Below, in pieces: positions 1-7,968 of a stretch of DNA of 30,836 nt; positions within the stretch are counted from its first letter, which is position 1, and every line of letters begins with the position of its first letter. Made by a program: the position numbers and the translations under genes. The notes beneath the pieces were generated by a model, which was not told where the DNA came from, did not search any database, and worked only from the letters and a program-made list of their open reading frames with translations. The stretch is from Candidatus Zixiibacteriota bacterium (GTDB lineage Bacteria; Zixibacteria; MSB-5A5; UBA10806; 4484-95). The stretch is from positions 1 through 30,836 of the forward strand of contig JAOZPT010000027.1 in the NCBI GenBank assembly GCA_029932605.1, given 5' to 3'.

Positions 1-405
1 GTCGGTAACCGCACAGCCGCTGTGCGTGTTCCAGGCTACATTAAGGACCCATCGGTAATGCGTGTTGAATTCCGCCCGCCTGATGGCACAGCCAATATTT
101 ACCTTGCCTTTGCCGCCATGCTATTAGCCGGTCTGGATGGCATTGTTAAAAAGATTGACCCTGGTGAGCCATTTAGTGGCGATTTCTCAAGGTTGTCAGC
201 CCGACAGGCGAAGAAATACCCGTTGTTGCCATATTCGTTGGCAAATGCACTGGAAGCACTTGAAAATGATAATGATTTCCTTCGCCAGGATGATGTCTTC
301 GCATCGGAGCTTATTGAAACCTGGATTAAAATCAAGGAAAATGAAGTGGAGCAGGTTAAGATTCGTCCTCATCCATGGGAGTTCAGGCTTTATTATGATA
401 TTTGA
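1..405 (+). CDS. glnA: Glutamine synthetase type I, C-terminal part (truncated by window start)
   Basis: Frame is open from base 1: VGNRTAAVRVP...RVEFRPPD...NIYLAFAAMLLAGLDGI...PHPWEFRLYYDI, the typical GSI C-terminus. Confidence 0.95.
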   Translation, partial: VGNRTAAVRVPGYIKDPSVMRVEFRPPDGTANIYLAFAAMLLAGLDGIVKKIDPGEPFSGDFSRLSARQAKKYPLLPYSLANALEALENDNDFLRQDDVFASELIETWIKIKENEVEQVKIRPHPWEFRLYYDI

Positions 406-910
406 TAAAGACACACAACCGGTTAACCTTAAATCGCTTATTACCGGAGTGACAATCAGGGATGCAATGCCTGAGGATGTCGTTGCCATATCCAAGCTCT
501 GGCTGGAATTTATGGAATATAACGCTAGGTTTAACCGGTCATTTAAGGTTAAATCGAAAATAGGGGGACGGTTTGCCCGCGAATTAGAGCAGAGGTTGAC
601 AGATTCCAATTACCATCTAGCGGTGGCTGAAGTCAATGGTCAAATTGTAGGCTATTGTCTCTCGTATGTTTCAAGTAAACCGTATTTCTTTAAACTTGGC
701 AGGTTCGGGTTCATAGGCGACCTGTTTGTGCTTGGGAAGTATCGTCGCAATGGTATCGGTACGCTTTTGGTCGAGGATGCCCATACGTTTTTCAAGCGTA
801 AGAAGATTAAGCAGATTGAGTTACTAGTGGCGGATAAAAATGTCAATACTATCAGATTCTGGAATAAATTGGGGTATAAAGTATTACTGCAATGGATGTA
901 TAAAAAATAG
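395..910 (+). CDS. GNAT family N-acetyltransferase
   Basis: IRDAMPEDV start motif, FIGDLFVLGKYRRNGIGTLL acetyl-CoA motif A, N...FWNKLGY motif B. Likely start is the ATG at 395, which overlaps the glnA stop. The ORF-track start at 137 lies inside glnA. Confidence 0.88.
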   Translation: MIFDKDTQPVNLKSLITGVTIRDAMPEDVVAISKLWLEFMEYNARFNRSFKVKSKIGGRFARELEQRLTDSNYHLAVAEVNGQIVGYCLSYVSSKPYFFKLGRFGFIGDLFVLGKYRRNGIGTLLVEDAHTFFKRKKIKQIELLVADKNVNTIRFWNKLGYKVLLQWMYKK

Positions 911-937
911 GTCAAACGACTTAAATTCCGTTTGACC
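910..937. terminator. Inverted repeat between convergent genes, probable terminator
   Basis: GGTCAAACG-N10-CGTTTGACC, a perfect 9-bp stem; no strong U-tract. Confidence 0.5.
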
Positions 938-961
938 CTGAAATCAGAAATCGTTTTTAAA

Positions 962-1177
962 TCATACTAAGCTATACTTCTCCTTAACTTCCCTTTCTGC
1001 TTGGAGCCAATCGGAAATATCATCTCCGGGGTTATCGCCTCTCTGGAGATAAATTTCATATGCCCGCTGATTTATTTCATCGTTGTAATCGCCGGGATTT
1101 CCAAGGGTGATTTTTTTGGTTTTTCTGCCGGATTTTCTCTGGCCTGTTGTTTTTCTATTCATTTGCCTTCTTGCCAT
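962..1177 (-). CDS. DUF2934-like small protein with basic N-terminal tail
   Basis: EINQRAYEIYLQRG..PGDDISDWLQAERE motif; strong SD (AAGGAGGT) upstream. Confidence 0.8.
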   Translation of the reverse strand: MARRQMNRKTTGQRKSGRKTKKITLGNPGDYNDEINQRAYEIYLQRGDNPGDDISDWLQAEREVKEKYSLV

Positions 1178-1316
1178 TTTGAGACCTCCTTAGCTAAAAG
1201 TCTATAAACACTTCAAAGAAGACTTGGTTCCCAGAATTTTTGTAAGCTTTTATTATAATCGGTAGTTTTTTTCAGTAAATAATAGGAAATTTAAAAATAA
1301 TATCCTATGTAGAGCA

Positions 1317-1349
1317 AGCTGGTGTTTGGTTTTTAAACAAACACCAGCT
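1317..1349. terminator. 12-bp perfect inverted repeat, likely terminator downstream of the asnA remnant
   Basis: AGCTGGTGTTTG-N9-CAAACACCAGCT. Confidence 0.55.
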
Positions 1350-1427
1350 CACGCTTATATTATGACCCAGCGAGGCAATGAATAAACCATCGGCTGGAAA
1401 TATCCAACAGCGTTTTCAGGTTTTTCT

Positions 1428-1695
1428 CTATTCTAATACATAGATATTCTTTTTAGCGCACATATCCTTTAATATTTTGGGCCACACAGTAACGCTGACC
1501 TCTCCCAGATGTGCCTGTTTGAGCAAAAGCATGTATGTTCGTGATTGCCCGATACCGCCACCGATGCAAAGCGGAATTTCGTTATTCATGATCGCCTGGT
1601 GGTATGGCAATTTGAGGAAATCGAGTTGACCGGTTATCTCCAACTGCTTTTTTAGCGTATCGGCGTTAACGCGGATGCCCATTGAGGTCAATTTG
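1428..1695 (-). pseudogene. asnA: Aspartate-ammonia ligase (AsnA) C-terminal fragment
   Basis: LTSMGIRV...YHQAIMNNEIPLCIGGGIGQSR.YMLLLKQAHLGEVSVTVWP is the AsnA C-terminus; only about 88 codons remain. Confidence 0.88.
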
Positions 1696-1786
1696 AATGA
1701 GGACAGTGACTGCCAGCGCAGCGTGACTCGTGGGGTAGCATGGAGAACTTGGGATGGCGAACAATTTAGAAATAAAAGCGGGAAAC

Positions 1787-2275
1787 TCACTTTATTTCTT
1801 CAAACACACCTGTCTGCTTATTTTTTCTGGCGGTATCCCAGCGGAAATATTTGCCATTCATAGAAATATAGACTCCATGTGGTAGGGTTTGTACAAAAGC
1901 TAAAGAACTTCCCAAATTGAATAATCCATCAGAACTACCAAATGTATATGGTACCATTGCACCTGTAAATACGATTGTTTTATCTTTTATGGAGTTAGCG
2001 AGGACTTTGGCTGTTTCTACCATTGTATCGGTGCCGTGAGTAATAACTATTTTGTTTTCTACTGTTTTTTTACATTCTTCGAGAATAATTTTTCTATCAG
2101 CGTTGGTCATATATGAACTATCAATCAGCATTAAAGTTTTGATATGGATTGTTAGCTGACAACGAGCTAATTTTAACATTTCAGGCACGTGGGTATCCTT
2201 GAAGAACAGTTTCCCCTCAAGTTCGTTGTACTCTTTGTCGAAAGTTCCACCCGTGATGAGGATTTTGATCGTCAT
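1787..2275 (-). CDS. Short (N-domain only) L-asparaginase
   Basis: ITGGTFDK and ITHGTDTM catalytic Thr motifs, IVFTGAMVP, SSDGLFNL; 162 aa. Confidence 0.9.
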   Translation of the reverse strand: MTIKILITGGTFDKEYNELEGKLFFKDTHVPEMLKLARCQLTIHIKTLMLIDSSYMTNADRKIILEECKKTVENKIVITHGTDTMVETAKVLANSIKDKTIVFTGAMVPYTFGSSDGLFNLGSSLAFVQTLPHGVYISMNGKYFRWDTARKNKQTGVFEEIK

Positions 2276-2342
2276 AATTTCCTGGTTACGCGTTGACTTA
2301 GTAGGTATCTATTGAATAAGTTGGTCCATGTTTAGTTAACTT

Positions 2343-2492
2343 TCAGATCTTCTTAACTACTTCCTTCAGAAAGATGGCTTTCTGTGTTTCTTTTCTAGTT
2401 AATGGGGAGCTATAGTCCTGTGGAAGTATTTTCTCCAGCTCGTCGTAGTTGCCTATGCCGGGCCCAGCTAAGTCAGCTTTCTTGTTTGCCAT
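2343..2492 (-). pseudogene. asnA: AsnA N-terminal fragment with internal deletion and premature stop (not in ORF track)
   Basis: Manual translation MANKKADLAGPGIGNYDELEKILPQDYSSPLTRKETQKAIF-LKEVVKKI*; AGGAG SD at 2501-2505; resembles the AsnA N-terminus fused to the mid-protein 'FLKEVVKKIWK' segment. Confidence 0.7.
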
Positions 2493-2737
2493 TGTCATTT
2501 CTCCTGTCTATTTTGTAAATAAGGTTTATTGCCATACGGGCTAAAATAATATTCTATATTAAAAATGGCAACATCATTTCTTGTAAAATCAAATAGTCAT
2601 TGGAAAGCCCCCTAAGTTTATCTTTAGCTTATGAAGTTGTATGTTTGATATTTTTTTACCGGGACAGATCCGGACTGAACCCGTTTATAAATCTTTGACA
2701 TTTTGAACCTGGAAGGATTTTAAGGTCAGTTCTGAGC

Positions 2738-2766
2738 TTGACATCATCAGGTATAATAATTAACCT
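2738..2766 (+). promoter_or_regulatory. Sigma70-like promoter, near-leaderless, for GH57 gene
   Basis: TTGACA-17bp-TAACCT, ending 8 nt before ATG 2775; no SD. Confidence 0.55.
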
Positions 2767-2774
2767 TTAGCCTT

Positions 2775-4073
2775 ATGAAGCGAAACAAGAGGCCGAAAAG
2801 ACAAAGCGGTCAGTTATACTGGGCTAACCTCCTTCATTTTTACCAGCCACCAGGACAGGATAAAGATATTTTAAATAAGGTGGTAGATGAATCGTATCAT
2901 CCGGTTTTGAGGATATTCGAACAGGTCCCTTCAGCTAAAGCCACAATCAATATACCGTCATGCTTGATAGAACTTTTAATAAAAAACGGTTTGGGTAAAA
3001 TAGTTGTTCGCTTGAAAAAGCTTGCGGAATCGAGGCAAATCGAGTTTACGGCCACTCCCCGTTTTCATCCGTTTTTACCTTTTATTCCCGATGATGAGAT
3101 TGACCGTCAAGTTGCACAGAATGACAAAATCAGTAAGAAATATTTTGGGTTACATTTCAGCCCCAATGGATTTTATTCGCCGGAACTGGCTTATAACAGT
3201 GATATTGCCAAGGCGGCTGTGCGGTTTGGCTGTCGCTGGTTGGCAGTTGATGAGATTGCTATCACTGGCAGATTAGGGCAGCTTCCATACGATGCTGTAT
3301 ATATGGACAAATCTGCGGGAGGGCTTGTTCTTGTTCCGCGCAACCGGCGTATATCTGAGGCCCTGGCTGGTTCGATATTCTCAGGAGATGACATCATGAG
3401 CCCTTCCGATTTCCATGAACTCGTTAAAGGCTTGGGCTCTGCTAAGGGTGGGAGCAGAAAATATGTTTTTACCGCCAATGACGTTGAGCACTTTGGCCAT
3501 CATCAGCGAGGAAGGCAAAACCTTATGCGTTTGTTGTATAAAGATACGCGCCTGGTTTCGGTAACCGTTTCGGAGCTTTTAAACAATATCAGGAAAAAGG
3601 AGCATTGCAATCCCAAAATATCCGATTGGACCAGCACAACTGATGAGGTAAGAAGGAAGAAAGTGTTTTATACCTGGAATGACCCCTCGAATAAAATCCA
3701 TAGGGCGCTTTGGGAGCTATACAGGATAGCCTTTGATGAGATAAAAAACGGTATTCAGTCAGGCGACATCCTGCATAACAAAGCACATGATATGCTTGAG
3801 GCAGCCGCTCCCTCATGTAGTTTCTTCTGGGCCTCGTGTCGACCCTGGTGGTATGGTGTTTATCCGGAAAAAGCGGCTACAAATATCTGTCTGGCGCTAT
3901 TCTCGCTCATGGCACCATCGCCAAAGGTCAAAGAAAAGGCTTTTAAACTCAGGCAGAAGATATTTGAGCTGGTTAAACAATATAATGAAACCGGCGAGGC
4001 TAAAAAACTTCAGCAGAAATATCTTAAGTCAAGAGGTATTGATGTGAAAGGTTTTTATAAAAGGTTTGGGTAA
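2775..4073 (+). CDS. Glycoside hydrolase family 57 protein
   Basis: LHFYQP, ESYHP, HPFLP, GFYSPELAY (nucleophile Glu), ANDVEHFGHH (acid/base Asp), SCSFFWAS. Confidence 0.85.
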   Translation: MKRNKRPKRQSGQLYWANLLHFYQPPGQDKDILNKVVDESYHPVLRIFEQVPSAKATINIPSCLIELLIKNGLGKIVVRLKKLAESRQIEFTATPRFHPFLPFIPDDEIDRQVAQNDKISKKYFGLHFSPNGFYSPELAYNSDIAKAAVRFGCRWLAVDEIAITGRLGQLPYDAVYMDKSAGGLVLVPRNRRISEALAGSIFSGDDIMSPSDFHELVKGLGSAKGGSRKYVFTANDVEHFGHHQRGRQNLMRLLYKDTRLVSVTVSELLNNIRKKEHCNPKISDWTSTTDEVRRKKVFYTWNDPSNKIHRALWELYRIAFDEIKNGIQSGDILHNKAHDMLEAAAPSCSFFWASCRPWWYGVYPEKAATNICLALFSLMAPSPKVKEKAFKLRQKIFELVKQYNETGEAKKLQQKYLKSRGIDVKGFYKRFG

Positions 4074-4149
4074 AGTTTATTGTAGTATAACTTATCCGCA
4101 GACAGGAAATATGTATATTAAAAAAACATTTGTGTAAATATATTGCTTT

Positions 4150-6012
4150 TCACTTTAACAATGTCATCTTGCCGGTGTATCCCTTATCGCCGATCTGAAG
4201 GGTGTAGTAATATACTCCCGAGGCCTGCGTTGAACCGTCCCAGTTAAGGCTATGGGCGCCGGCGTTGAAATAATTCTCATCAACAGAAACGACCCGTCCA
4301 AGGACATCATACACTGTAAATCTCACCATGGTCTGTCGGCTTGTTGTGAAAAGTATTTTTGTGGAGGCGTTGAAAGGGTTCGGGTGATTGACGGGTATAT
4401 CTGCATTTTCGGGTAGAAAATCATTATTATCCTCAATGATTGTAGGGGCATCAAATTCGTTTGAGTAAAGAAGGTCATCCTCGTCGTAATAGAGCGTATC
4501 GGTATCCGGGTCCTGTGCGGGGTCGCCGGGCCAGAGGTTTACATGGTCAAAGCCGACATAGTTGTCCAGTTTTATACGTACATCAACCTCCGGGGCAAAA
4601 TTATCTTCGTTTATCTGCTGATTCCAGTCTAAAAGAGACATTTTTATCCGTCCCTGATTATGTTTATATTTTAAAAGCACAATTGAACCATTGACACAGG
4701 CCATGTACAGGTCGATGTTATGCCAGTGGAATATATGCCAGAATTGGTCGAAACAGTATTCCCATGAGTAGATTCGTCCTAACTCTGAATCGACTGTTAT
4801 TGACACCGAGTCCTCGTCCTCAAGCATTACCAGAGGCTCGATGCGTGCCCTCAACCAGGTAATATCGTTTCTTGGCGGTTTCCTAAGGAAGAATTTAAGT
4901 TTGTTAACGCAAACCGATAGAGTATCTTCAGGTTCCGGACCTTCCTCGAGCGATTTTTTCGCCATTCCACCACCGAATGTGGCTACCCAGACGTTGCCGG
5001 ATGAGTCAAATGCAATGTCTGAATAGAAATCACCCCAGACAAGATTCGAATCGGGAGGGATATATTCATGCCAGAGATCGTCTGTGGTTAAGACACTTAA
5101 CCCAATGTTGGTTCCGATCCATAGGTCACTGTTATCGGGGCGTATCTCAAGAGAGTATATGTAATCAGACACAAGCGGGGAGTTATCTGTATTGTAGGTT
5201 GTCCAGTTATCGCCATCTTTTTGTACCAACCCATAGCCATATGTCCCGAAATAGACCTTCGTATTGCAGGGACCTACCTTTATGACCTGTATTCTGTTGG
5301 ATGGCAAGCCACTGTTTTCTGTATTATATGTTTGCCATGTATTATTGGAGAATGCAACTACTCCACCCCCAAGGGTGGCGATCCAGAGAATATCGTTTAA
5401 TGTGTCATAATCTAAACCGAGAAGGTAATCTGTAAGTAAATAAGTGCCGGGTTCAACCTCAAATGTTTGTTGTTGAGAGTCGGCATAGGTAAACTCCGTG
5501 CGAAATTCGGCTTGGTATCTTATCCAGCCCACATCATTGAAGATTGTGATACCGCCACCATAAGTTGAAACCGCTCGGTAGCCAGGTGCGATTTCGATGC
5601 CGGTGATTATATGGTTAATCTCTAGTCCGGAATTTAATTCAGACCAGGTGGAGTCGGCTATATGTAAAATTGACAGGCCCTCACCCAGAGGTTGAGAATC
5701 GAGATCACCCGAGGCCGAGCCGACAAACATAGTATCGTTGTCAAACCTGATACTGTTTGCATAGTTGATGGGAACGCCTGTATTGTCCTCATTAAAAATG
5801 CTCCAGTCATTTCCATATTTTACGAAAAGGCCAGCGCCATGACTGCCGATTAAAAGCCTGTTATCAGGGCTAACTGTAAGGCTTGAGATGTTATTAGTCT
5901 GCAGGGGGCTATTGGATGTGTCGTATGGTATCCATTCGGCGGAGACCTTAACTGGCACCAGTAATAAAGCGATAATCGTCAATCGATTGATTTTACTTAT
6001 TTGTTTGAACAT
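4150..6012 (-). CDS. Secreted beta-propeller (Reg_prop-like repeats) protein with T9SS type A/FlgD-like C-terminal sorting domain
   Basis: Signal peptide (..VKVSA|EW); repeats WxxYNTxNSxLxSNxIxxL and LWIGT/VWVATFGGG; C-terminus NHPNPFNAST...YDVLGR...WDG...SGVYYY...KMTLLK. Start is either ATG 6012 or GTG 6027. Confidence 0.85.
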   Translation of the reverse strand: MFKQISKINRLTIIALLLVPVKVSAEWIPYDTSNSPLQTNNISSLTVSPDNRLLIGSHGAGLFVKYGNDWSIFNEDNTGVPINYANSIRFDNDTMFVGSASGDLDSQPLGEGLSILHIADSTWSELNSGLEINHIITGIEIAPGYRAVSTYGGGITIFNDVGWIRYQAEFRTEFTYADSQQQTFEVEPGTYLLTDYLLGLDYDTLNDILWIATLGGGVVAFSNNTWQTYNTENSGLPSNRIQVIKVGPCNTKVYFGTYGYGLVQKDGDNWTTYNTDNSPLVSDYIYSLEIRPDNSDLWIGTNIGLSVLTTDDLWHEYIPPDSNLVWGDFYSDIAFDSSGNVWVATFGGGMAKKSLEEGPEPEDTLSVCVNKLKFFLRKPPRNDITWLRARIEPLVMLEDEDSVSITVDSELGRIYSWEYCFDQFWHIFHWHNIDLYMACVNGSIVLLKYKHNQGRIKMSLLDWNQQINEDNFAPEVDVRIKLDNYVGFDHVNLWPGDPAQDPDTDTLYYDEDDLLYSNEFDAPTIIEDNNDFLPENADIPVNHPNPFNASTKILFTTSRQTMVRFTVYDVLGRVVSVDENYFNAGAHSLNWDGSTQASGVYYYTLQIGDKGYTGKMTLLK

Positions 6013-6051
6013 TTTCCTAGTGCGCACTCCTTAGGTGTTTCAATTTAAAAC

Positions 6052-6067
6052 AGCAAATAACGGGCCC
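6052..6067 (-). promoter_or_regulatory. Candidate sigma54 (-24/-12) promoter
   Basis: Minus strand GGGCCCGTTATTTGCT = GG-N10-GC with TTGCT, about 40 bp upstream of the start codon. Confidence 0.45.
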
Positions 6068-6291
6068 TCCTTCTTGGAAAATATTAAATATTCGTAAGGT
6101 ATTGTATCCAAAATACTTGTGTTCTTTTATCAAGTCCGGTCATCCCTTTGCCTTTTTTATTTTAATATAATAAATAATAAATTTTGCACAATATGTTCAA
6201 TTAGTGAACTTTGTATAAAAAAATGGCTTTGGTTATGAATGTGGTTCGGACTTGCCGGCATATTCACTGTTATTTTTATTGTCCGAATGGG

Positions 6292-6320
6292 TTGACCCGG
6301 CTGTCAAGAGATAATATAAT
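6292..6320 (+). promoter_or_regulatory. Sigma70-like leaderless promoter for DAACS gene
   Basis: TTGACC-17bp-TATAAT, 5 nt before ATG 6326; no SD. Confidence 0.65.
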
Positions 6321-6325
6321 CGAAT

Positions 6326-7801
6326 ATGTTTAAAAGTCTGAGGCCATCCGATATCACTTTGTATTTAATATTGCTGGCTATAGTACTCGGTTTTGGACTT
6401 GGGCATTATAAACCATCAGTTGCACTCAAGATAGGATTTTTGGGCGACGTATTTCTTAATGCTCTGTTTATGTTGGTTGTACCTCTGGTGGTGGCTTCGA
6501 TGGTTACGGGAATTGCTAGGCTGAGGAATTTAAAGGAGCTGGGAAGCCTCGGTACGAGAACGCTGGTTTACTACCTGTCGACGACAGCAATATCAGTCAT
6601 TATCGGGATTATTCTGGTAAATATAATTCAACCTGGAAAAGGTGTTCCTAGGGTGCAGGATGTTCATCCTGAAGCGGCTTATCGTATTCAGCCAACACCC
6701 TTAAGAGGGGGTTCGGTGTTACATCTGGTAGATGATGATGACCGTTTTTATGGCACTGAATATAATTCGCGTTTTGTAATCGAATTATTAGACCAGAACG
6801 TCTGTGGCATTATCGATGAAACCTCTTATATTGGAGAAAAGGATATACCGGTTTCTTACTGGATTGACGACCGGGGTAAAAAAGTCGAGCCTGAAACAGA
6901 AGGTTTTGGTGTTCAGATAAAACTTGCGGAAAGAGAATTTTCATTTCTCAGTGTCCTGATCGGTCTTATCCCTAAAAACATTTTTACCGCCATGGCCAAC
7001 AACAACATCCTTCCGTTGATACTGTTTTCACTTGTCTTCGGGGGGATACTAACGACTCTCGGTGATAAGGGTAAAACTGTCATAGATCTTTTTGAGGGGT
7101 TAAATGAAGCGTTTTTGAAATTTATAAGACTTCTTATGTATTTTGCCCCGCTTGGCATACTGGGGTTGGTAGCCGCCCGACTTGGCCGGGCAGAACTTAC
7201 ATCAGAGGGTGGTTTTATGGTTGAAATCACCCGTATGGCGAAATATTTTGTTACTGTGCTCACTGGATTATTAATCCATTCGGTTTTTGTACTTGCTGTT
7301 ATACTTCTTGTTTTTGGTAAGCGTAAGGTATGGCCCTACTTAACCAATACCTCGCCAGCGCTTTTAACAGCTTTTTCCACAGCTTCAAGTTCAGCCACCT
7401 TGCCTGTAACAATCGAATGTATTGTGGATAAAAACAAAGTAAGCCAACGCACTGCTGGTTTTGTGCTTCCCCTAGGGGCTACTATCAATATGGACGGCAC
7501 CGCATTGTATGAGGCGGTTGCCGCCATCTTCATAGCTCAAGTTTACCAGATACCGCTTAGTTTCAGCGCCCAGGTCATTATATTCTTAACAGCTACGCTG
7601 GCCGCAATCGGCGCCGCCGGTATACCCGAAGCCGGGTTGGTGACAATGGTTATAGTCCTTAACGCTGTGGGGCTACCAACTGAGGGTATCGCCATGATAC
7701 TGGCTATCGACTGGCTATTAGACCGTTGCCGTACAACTGTCAATGTCTGGGGCGATTCGGTAGGTTCGGCGGTGATTGATTATTGGGAAGGAAAGATATG
7801 A
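6326..7801 (+). CDS. Dicarboxylate/amino acid:cation symporter (DAACS, GltP/GltPh family)
   Basis: AFSTASSSATLP, LPLGATINMDGTALYE, AAGIPEAG, IDWLLDRCRTTVNVWGD motifs. Confidence 0.95.
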   Translation: MFKSLRPSDITLYLILLAIVLGFGLGHYKPSVALKIGFLGDVFLNALFMLVVPLVVASMVTGIARLRNLKELGSLGTRTLVYYLSTTAISVIIGIILVNIIQPGKGVPRVQDVHPEAAYRIQPTPLRGGSVLHLVDDDDRFYGTEYNSRFVIELLDQNVCGIIDETSYIGEKDIPVSYWIDDRGKKVEPETEGFGVQIKLAEREFSFLSVLIGLIPKNIFTAMANNNILPLILFSLVFGGILTTLGDKGKTVIDLFEGLNEAFLKFIRLLMYFAPLGILGLVAARLGRAELTSEGGFMVEITRMAKYFVTVLTGLLIHSVFVLAVILLVFGKRKVWPYLTNTSPALLTAFSTASSSATLPVTIECIVDKNKVSQRTAGFVLPLGATINMDGTALYEAVAAIFIAQVYQIPLSFSAQVIIFLTATLAAIGAAGIPEAGLVTMVIVLNAVGLPTEGIAMILAIDWLLDRCRTTVNVWGDSVGSAVIDYWEGKI

Positions 7802-7968
7802 TTCTCATCGTATTTGGTAATTGCGTTGAAGATTATTATTTGGTTTAAGGTTATTGAAGATACCTTGCTTGGGGCGCCTTAATAAATTTTAACAGAATTT
7901 GATTACATTACAATTACTTATAATCCATTTGACTTGAATAGCGCGCTTAAATAATTTGTAGCAACCTT

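Noticed and set aside
137..394. N-terminal 86 aa of the 257-aa ORF in the track
   Set aside because: Overlaps glnA in another frame; GNAT similarity begins only after ATG 395
1696..1790. 5' part of the 120-aa ORF as a real AsnA start
   Set aside because: No AsnA resemblance before 'LTSMGIRV'; it is junction sequence after the asparaginase stop
1700..2342. Asparaginase as an integron cassette or IS cargo
   Set aside because: No convincing attC (RYYYAAC...GTTRRRY), terminal inverted repeats, target duplication or recombinase seen
2343..2345. In-frame TGA at a Trp position as evidence of recoding (code 4/25 or selenocysteine)
   Set aside because: TGA is used as a normal stop for many intact genes here (glnA, gatA, gatB, ispE), and the fragment is otherwise degraded
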